This document shows, one piece after another, positions 57,313 through 64,000 of a DNA stretch of 64,000 nucleotides; positions within the stretch are counted from its first letter, which is position 1, and each line of letters begins with the position of its first letter. Origin of the DNA: the human T2T-CHM13v2.0 reference genome, Homo sapiens. The notes beneath the pieces were generated by a model, which saw only the letters and a list, made by a program, of their open reading frames with translations, had not been told where the DNA came from and did no database searches. Position numbers and translations under genes: made by a program. The DNA lies in the NCBI RefSeq assembly GCF_009914755.1, contig NC_060937.1, one strand, 5' to 3'.

Positions 57313-57667
57313 GCTATTGGTTTCTTCTCATGCTGCTAATAAAGACATACCCAAGAATGGGTAATTTATAAAGAGATTTAATTGACTCAGAGTTCAGCAT
57401 GGCTGGGTAAGTCTCAGGAAACTTACAATTATTGCAGAAGGTGAAGCAAACATGTCCTTCTTCACATAATGGCAGGACGGAGAAGTGCCAAGCAAATGGG
57501 GAAAAGCCCCTTATAAACCATCAGATCTTGTGAGAACTTGCTCACTATCACAAGAACAGCATGAGGGTAACCACCCCCATGATTCAATGAACTCCTACAA
57601 CACCTGGAGATTATGGGAACTACAATTCATGATGAGATTTGGGTGGGGACACAGCCAAACCATATCA
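57313..57667 (-). mobile_element. THE1D-like solo LTR
   Basis: TGCTAATAAAGACATACCC...GCAAACATGTCCTTCTTCACAT...GACACAGCCAAACCATATCA. TSD is AGGCC/AGGTC. Confidence 0.92.
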
Positions 57668-58519
57668 AGGTCCTTTGACATATGTTGACATACAGTATTT
57701 CTAAGAATTATTTTCAGAGGTTATTCTGCATATTTATAAATAACAACATCCATTTTCAGTGAGAAGAGCTCAATTACTCTGAAGGATGATCTTTTTAATT
57801 TCAGTGAAAGAATATATAAGAAGATATTCCCCATGTATTCAATAGTGCTGTTATGTTTTATTTGTTATCATCTGTATAATGCAAAAAGAATAACACGCAA
57901 AGTTTATTTTTACCTTCTACTGCAATTTATTATATTCCTTTATGTAGATGGTTTCCAACAATCTTCTAGGTCTTCCGACAATGTGTACCTTCAAGTCTAG
58001 CTCAATATTAATGTTGTAAAGAAATGGTTATGGAAGACAAATAGAAAAATCAACTTGGAAAATGAATTTTAAAATCATGAAGTGAGAAAGAGGGAAATGA
58101 ATGAGGTAGGCCTCCCCAGGATCATGCTACCATTTTGTTTATCTCTATCCATGTCGAATAAAGCCCACTTTCCAAATCCTTCATTGCTTTACTTGTAATT
58201 TTTTGTCTTCAATATTTTCTTCAAAGGATCAAAGCCAATGCATGTCTGCTTTGCCTGCAAGATAAATTTACCCTCACTTGTCTGGAAGGATTTGCATTTT
58301 TAAAAACTTGTGCAATGTAAGAATTATTTCATTTGGCTTGGGAGAATTGAAGATGAACTGGCTGTAAACCAGACGACCATTCCTTTGAAGTTTTCATCTT
58401 GTTGATGAAAAATATAGTCAAAATACAAGATGATATGTAAAGCAAAAAAGTTCCTTATGAACTTTTTATATTTGGTTAAATATAAACTGAAACAAAAATT
58501 CAAGCAATGCAGCCTAAAT

Positions 58520-58715
58520 GAGTATTACATACATGGATTCTGAAGCCAGTCCTCCATGGTTTAAATCTTTATTTTGCCACCTGCTAGCTCTGTACCGTGA
58601 AATAATTTGCATAATATTTGTCTACCTCAGTTTCCTCACATGCAAAATAAAAATAATAATATGACTAAAGTACAAATTGAATATGGAAAATCATAAGCAC
58701 TGTTTAGATGTAAGC
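58520..58715 (+). mobile_element. MIR
   Basis: GGATTCTGAAGCCAG...TTGCCACCTGCTAGCT...CCTCAGTTTCCTCACATGCAAAAT. Confidence 0.75.
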
Positions 58716-59079
58716 TGTGTGTCTTCAAAAATAATGTCCTGCATAATATGTTAATGTAAATTATGCAAAACATATTAAATTATATTTATTAAGCACAAGA
58801 AGCATTTTAATTAGTTGTAATTAAGACATGCATCAGTGTAAACCTATGTGATATTTAATATACTGCATGTTCCAGTACAAATTGAGATAAAAAATAATTA
58901 AATGTATGGTTTACTGTCCAACATTTAAAAATCATATTTTTTTATATTATATAATTATGTTTTTCTTAGTTTTTCCCAACTCAAATGATTATCATCTTAA
59001 TTCAGGTGAAACAGTTTGAGCTTTCAGGACAAGCATTTACAGAAATTACAAAACTCTCTTGAATGGCAACTTACTTTTT

Positions 59080-59382
59080 CCTTCTTAATTAGGAATGCTG
59101 CTCCCTTGTCTATGAATAGCTTCTTACCTCTGTGCATGTCAGCTTAAAAATCTCCTCAAAGAGACCTTTTTATGACCTTAGCTGAGCAACTATCATTCTT
59201 TGGTTTTGTTTAAAATGCTTTTAACACTGAAATCATCATATACATTCCACTGCACATTTGTTTTTTATGTTTACCACTATAAGCATATGGCAGTTTTGAT
59301 CTTTCATCCTTCTATTCCCAGGGGCTAGCATAATGCCAGGCACAGAGTAAATGCTCAACAAATATTTGTTGAATGAATGAAT
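59080..59382 (+). mobile_element. L2 (L2a-like) 3' end
   Basis: CCAGGCACAGAGTAAATGCTCAACAAATATTTGTTGAATGAATGAA. Confidence 0.8.
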
Positions 59383-60182
59383 ACTCTCAGCTAATTATGA
59401 TTGCTATTCTTACATTGCAACATTTGGTTTTGGCTGTTTGCTTCTCTTAGATTCCATCCAGAAAAATATTTTACCTTATATACAGCATTTTTATCTAAGA
59501 CTGAACTGCCATTTCTCTCTTTCTCTTTGGTATTCTTTGGGTTGTTGTTGTTTTGTTTTACTGCATTGAACTTAGGTTCAGTGCTGCTGATCTAAGTTAA
59601 TTGATGTTCCTACTTCTGAATGACCTAGAACTCAAAATAATTTATATGTAGTAGAGAAAAGCCTTTTATTTTTATCCAGAAGAATAAAAGTTAGATACAA
59701 AAACAGAATGCTCATTTTATGGAAAAACTAGAAAATAGTTTTTTTAAAATATAACACTATCTGCATTCTTATGACAGCTTTCATTAATCTTAAAAACCTC
59801 TGCCAATGGCTGCCACTTTTTATTGAACTGTTGCCTATTATAACTCAATGTTTAATTATATACATTTTACCAAGTGATGGTTAATCAATCTATAACTGTA
59901 TATGAGTTCCATGCCTAAACAACAACAATAATGATCTGTTCTATTGTTTCTACAGTTTTCTAAGTATTTCATTAGGGAAAAATATTGTCTTTTAATGTGC
60001 TTCTGTGGCTTTCCTTCTATTGCTTATTTTTACTTAACTAGATGCAATATGCATATCTAATTACCATCACTAAGCACAAGGTCAATCCAAGGTTGTCTTC
60101 ATTCTCTTCATCTATATCTATTTATATGCCACCTTTTCAGACATCCATGCTAATACACAGAAGTAGTGATGCAGAGACATTA

Positions 60183-60634
60183 TGTATTAATTTGCTAGGG
60201 ATGTCATAACAACGTACCACAAACTGGATAGATTAAACAACAAAACATCATCTCACAGTTCTGGAGGCTAGATCAAGGTGTTTTCAGGCTTGGTTGCTTC
60301 TGAGAAATATGATGGAGAATCTGTTATATGCCTCTCTCCTGGCTTCTGATAATTTTTTAGAAATCTTTGATGTTCCTGGGCTTGTAGATACATCATCTCA
60401 TCTCTTCTTTCATGTTATTATGGCATTCTCTTTGTGTACATGTTTGTCTCTTCAAATTTCTCATTTTCATAAGGCCATCAGTCATATTGGATTAACAGCT
60501 TACCCTACTCCAATGAAACCTCACCTTATTACATCTATAACGACCCTATTTCCAAACAAATTCATATTTTGCAATATTGGAGGTTAGAACTTTATCATAT
60601 GAATTTTTAGGTGAAACAATTTAACCCATAAAAC
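60183..60634 (-). mobile_element. MLT1C-like solo LTR
   Basis: TGTATTAATTTGCTAGGG...GTACCACAAACTGG...CTCACAGTTCTGGAGGCTAG...CCCTATTTCCAAAC...ATATGAATTTT. Confidence 0.88.
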
Positions 60635-60833
60635 ATTGTGCAATTCTATAACTGATATGTAAATATAGGATACTCAGATTGACTTTATCTGATAAAAGGA
60701 TGCTCTTTAAAGAGTGCAAAAATGTTAAACAGTCATCAGTCATTTAATCAGACTGATCAAAAATCAGTATGTTTTTGGCTAAAATACTTTTCTGTCTTCA
60801 AATAAATAAAAAACCTTAACACTGCCTACTTAC

Positions 60834-60934
60834 CTTTTGGACACAGTCTTTTTAAGTTATACATTTGTTTATGGGTTGACATATATCTATGACACACAGT
60901 CTTATATTTCCCACTCCTTTTTCCTACTCTGTAG
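60834..60934 (-). ncRNA. Candidate lncRNA exon (101 nt) with near-consensus splice sites
   Basis: Minus strand: CTGAC branch point, then ATTTTCCTTCCTTACAG| acceptor, and an AAG|GTAAGT donor. Confidence 0.45.
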
Positions 60935-61715
60935 CTGTAAGGAAGGAAAATGTCAGAAGCTTCATTTTGTTGGTATAATTGTACTATGAAGTCATTCTTT
61001 ACATTTTCATAATTAATATTTCTTATTTATAATCCTCTTACACTACCACTTTTGTTTCAGTTTTTAACTTCTGCTCCTCCAGTTTTAACTTTATTTTCCT
61101 TCTGATTTTTTTCTTCCCAGTGGCATGTACTGCTATGTAAATTCAATTAGCAAATAGTATGTGGCTACACAACTCAAGAGGTAAGAAACTCTTAAAACCT
61201 AATTATAATGCACTTATTATATACACAAAAAAAATAAAAATTTTAATTAAAAAAACATAACTGTGACATATTACTCTCAGGTAACTGTTAGCAGTAGCTG
61301 GCCTTTAAAAAAAGACTCATAAGCAAGACTTTGATAATTCATTTACCTTAATCATATACAAAATAGTCAAGAAGATGGCTGGCCTTGACATGTGAAAATC
61401 ATTGATTTAATGAAGCTAGAAAACGTCTCTTTTTAAAATTATGAATTCTTTATTCAAATAAAGAACTAGAGTTGTGTGTTTCAATAAAGAAAAAACCTCT
61501 GTAATTTACTAAAAATGAAAAAAATAGTGATGAAATCACTCAAGCACTTAGAAACCAGATGTCTAAAAAGTTATAGATTTATGAAATATGCTATATTTTA
61601 GAAGAAATAGGCCCTAATCTCTTGCTTGAAAACAATATACTGTACAGTTACACTGTGTTTTTTTTCCTACCTGTGCGAATATAACCTATCAAGTTAATCA
61701 ACTGGCAATGCTTTG

Positions 61716-62097
61716 TGATATGGTTTGGCTCTGTGTCTTCACCCAAATCTCATCTCGAGTTGCAATCCTCATAATCCCCATGTGTCTAGAGAGGAACCTG
61801 GAGGGAAGTGATTGGATCATGGGGGCGGTTACCCCCATGCTATTCTGGTGATAGTGATGAGTTCTCATGAGATCTGGTGGTTTTATAAGGGTTTCTTCCC
61901 TCTTCATTCCTCACTCTTCTCTCTCCTGCCACCATGTGAAGAAGGTTGTTGCTTTCCCCTTCGCCTTCTGCCATGATTGTAAGTTTCCTAAAGCCTCCCC
62001 AGCCATGTAGAACTATGAGTCAATTAAACCTCTTTCCTCTATAAATTGCCCAGTCTCGGGTAATATCTTTATAGCAGGGTGAAAACAGACTAATACA
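61716..62097 (+). mobile_element. THE1C/D-like solo LTR
   Basis: TGATATGGTTTGGCTCTGTGTC...GACTAATACA, with a perfect 5-bp TSD CTTTG. Confidence 0.95.
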
Positions 62098-62762
62098 CTT
62101 TGGTAAAGATCGGTAAAATGAGAATCTGCACTTCTGTTAATATATCTGTTCACCATTTTTTTTTTCCTTTGGAACACCATAGGGATAGTTAATACATAAC
62201 AATCAACATTCTTTAGGTTAACAGTGGTAAGTTACATGGTAGTTTAATTTGAAGTCTCCAACCTTTTTAGATTTTAAGCACTATTTTATAAGTGCACTTA
62301 ATGAAGTCAACAATCATCAAACAGAGAACCGAAATGTCAGCATGGACTAAATCTGAAAAATTGCTCATTATTCACTGTCAAAGTAGCTTATGAACTTTTA
62401 ATAGATAAGCCCTCAAAATTTGAGAATAAAATAATTAGAACAGATGAGACTGGTCTAAGTGATGGGGTGATGTATTTCAATTCTATGCCTTTATAATTTT
62501 ATAAAATAATATATATAAATTTCAAAATAATCTGTTTATAATAAGGTCTTTGACCTTTAGTATTTGTATCTTTTATTATCCATGCTTATTTATGTCACTA
62601 ATTTATAGATCAAGATGAGTCAGTCTTTTGCCTTTTCAGAACTAAAGGTATAATATTAAGTGTAAATATTGAAACCTTTACAGAAGACAGGTGTTATTTA
62701 TTAAACATGCTTATTTTTCAAATTTTCTGCTCCTTTTCAACTCTGTATAACCTTTCACTTAC

Positions 62763-62880
62763 CCCTGCTGATGCTCTGATGTTCCAGGGGTCACACCTGT
62801 TCTTAAGGAAGTGTGGGAGGGAGTGGGTTGGGAATTTGAGAGAAACACCTGGGTGAACTTTGCTGTAAGGGATCTTTATA
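62763..62880 (-). promoter_or_regulatory. Candidate promoter / first exon (or 100-nt internal exon 62862-62763) of a minus-strand transcript
   Basis: Minus strand: TATAAA at 62880-62875, a CCCTTACAG| acceptor at 62863 and a GGG|GTAAGT donor at 62762. A G4 motif and two CACCTG E-boxes lie within. Confidence 0.3.
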
Positions 62881-63769
62881 TGTTGCTCAGTCTTTTCACC
62901 TCCTGCCCCATTGCCTTCTCTGTTGACAACAGCAGCATGCCTCTTGCTGCCCCATGGGTTAGAATTCTTCCTTACAGGCAAAATAACAGCAAACAGCTCT
63001 ACTTTAAGAATACTGAGCAGTTTTTGCTTTCAATAAAAAGCTCAACACTAAGAATACAAACATAAGGAAGGGATTTTGTTATAAAATGATACATAAACAT
63101 TGAAACATAAAGTATGCATTTTTAGGAGAAGGAACATCAAGGATTTATTCTTAGCATCCGAAGTAGTATAATCTTCAGCAAGTTATTTAAGATATTGGAA
63201 CTCATTATCTTTATACATAAAATGCTGTTCAACTAGATGATGTATTATATCCAGTTCCTCTAGTCTGTTTCTAACTCCATGGCATTTCAAGATGTGTGGG
63301 CAGTTATTAGTTTCCAAGTGATGATTCTTCATCCCACCTTCCCCAAAACACAACTCAATGGCTTTACCATTAAAACTCTGCTGCCTTTGATACTAAAGCC
63401 ATTGGAGGAGTATGGTATAATATTGCTACAGAACTGAAGGTGAGGAATTGATTTCAAAAAATAAGTAGTGGTGAATTGATTAAGCTTAAGTAAACAGATG
63501 CTAAGGAACCAAAATACCTGCTTGTATGATGATACCTGCTTTAACACTTTAACACTTTCCCTCTTCTCTGGTACTGTGTCTGACATTTTGTCAATTAGAT
63601 ATGCATTGGAGTTACCCAAACTTTTCATTTAAATACATCCATTAAAAATGATTTTAATACTAAAGTAGGAAGAATGTTTAATGTAACTGTTTTCTTGATC
63701 TTATGAAATAGATGGAATAAAGGCTATGAACAATGGTTTTACCACCAACTAACCATCTGTCCAGTGTGT

Positions 63770-63900
63770 ATAATGTGCCAGTGTTTACTAAGCCATGTGT
63801 ATCATCTCACTAAAAACTCACAAAGATCATATGGAGTAGAAATAATTATCCCCATTTTACAGATGGTCAGATAGCTAAGCCAAAGATCATCATGTTTATA
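63770..63900 (-). mobile_element. MIR
   Basis: ATTATCCCCATTTTACAGATG core. Confidence 0.7.
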
Positions 63901-64000
63901 TAGTTAATCTGTGGCCACAAGAGCTAATAAATAAAACAAATGATATTCAAATAAAAGTATAACTCTAAATCTTATGTTTTGGCTGCTATTAAATGTTAAT

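Noticed and set aside
59355-59373. Perfect palindrome TCAACAAATATTTGTTGA
   Set aside because: A one-base variant of the normal L2 3' tail, which is very common genome-wide.

Overview
This is AT-rich, repeat-dense primate genomic DNA, probably catarrhine/hominoid given AluY, LTR12, L1PA and THE1 elements. It is not prokaryotic and contains no recognisable protein-coding gene, rRNA, tRNA or CRISPR array. Most listed ORFs are translations of Alu, L1, MaLR or LTR sequence. Much of the window is interspersed repeat: about 12 Alus; two THE1, one MST and one MLT1 MaLR proviruses; solo LTRs (LTR12, LTR28-like x2, MER4, MER39-like, LTR40-like, THE1D, MSTA, MLT1); a near full-length L1MA; older L1/L2/MIR; hAT MITEs; and three decayed ERVL pro-pol remnants. 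Five things stand out. (1) A heavily decayed Ty3/Gypsy (sushi-like) pol fossil at about 25.55-27.19 kb with RT, RNase H and integrase motifs in order. (2) A chain of candidate minus-strand exons in non-repeat DNA (about 62.8, 60.9, 55.0 and 54.8 kb) suggesting a spliced lncRNA. (3) A nested insertion stack (AluJ < THE1 < LTR12 plus a twin-primed L1PA) with readable target-site duplications. (4) An old fold-back inverted duplication at 4.35-5.2 kb. (5) Local duplications in and around an LTR40-like element. Repeat subfamily names were recalled from consensus sequences by eye and need RepeatMasker/Dfam confirmation.
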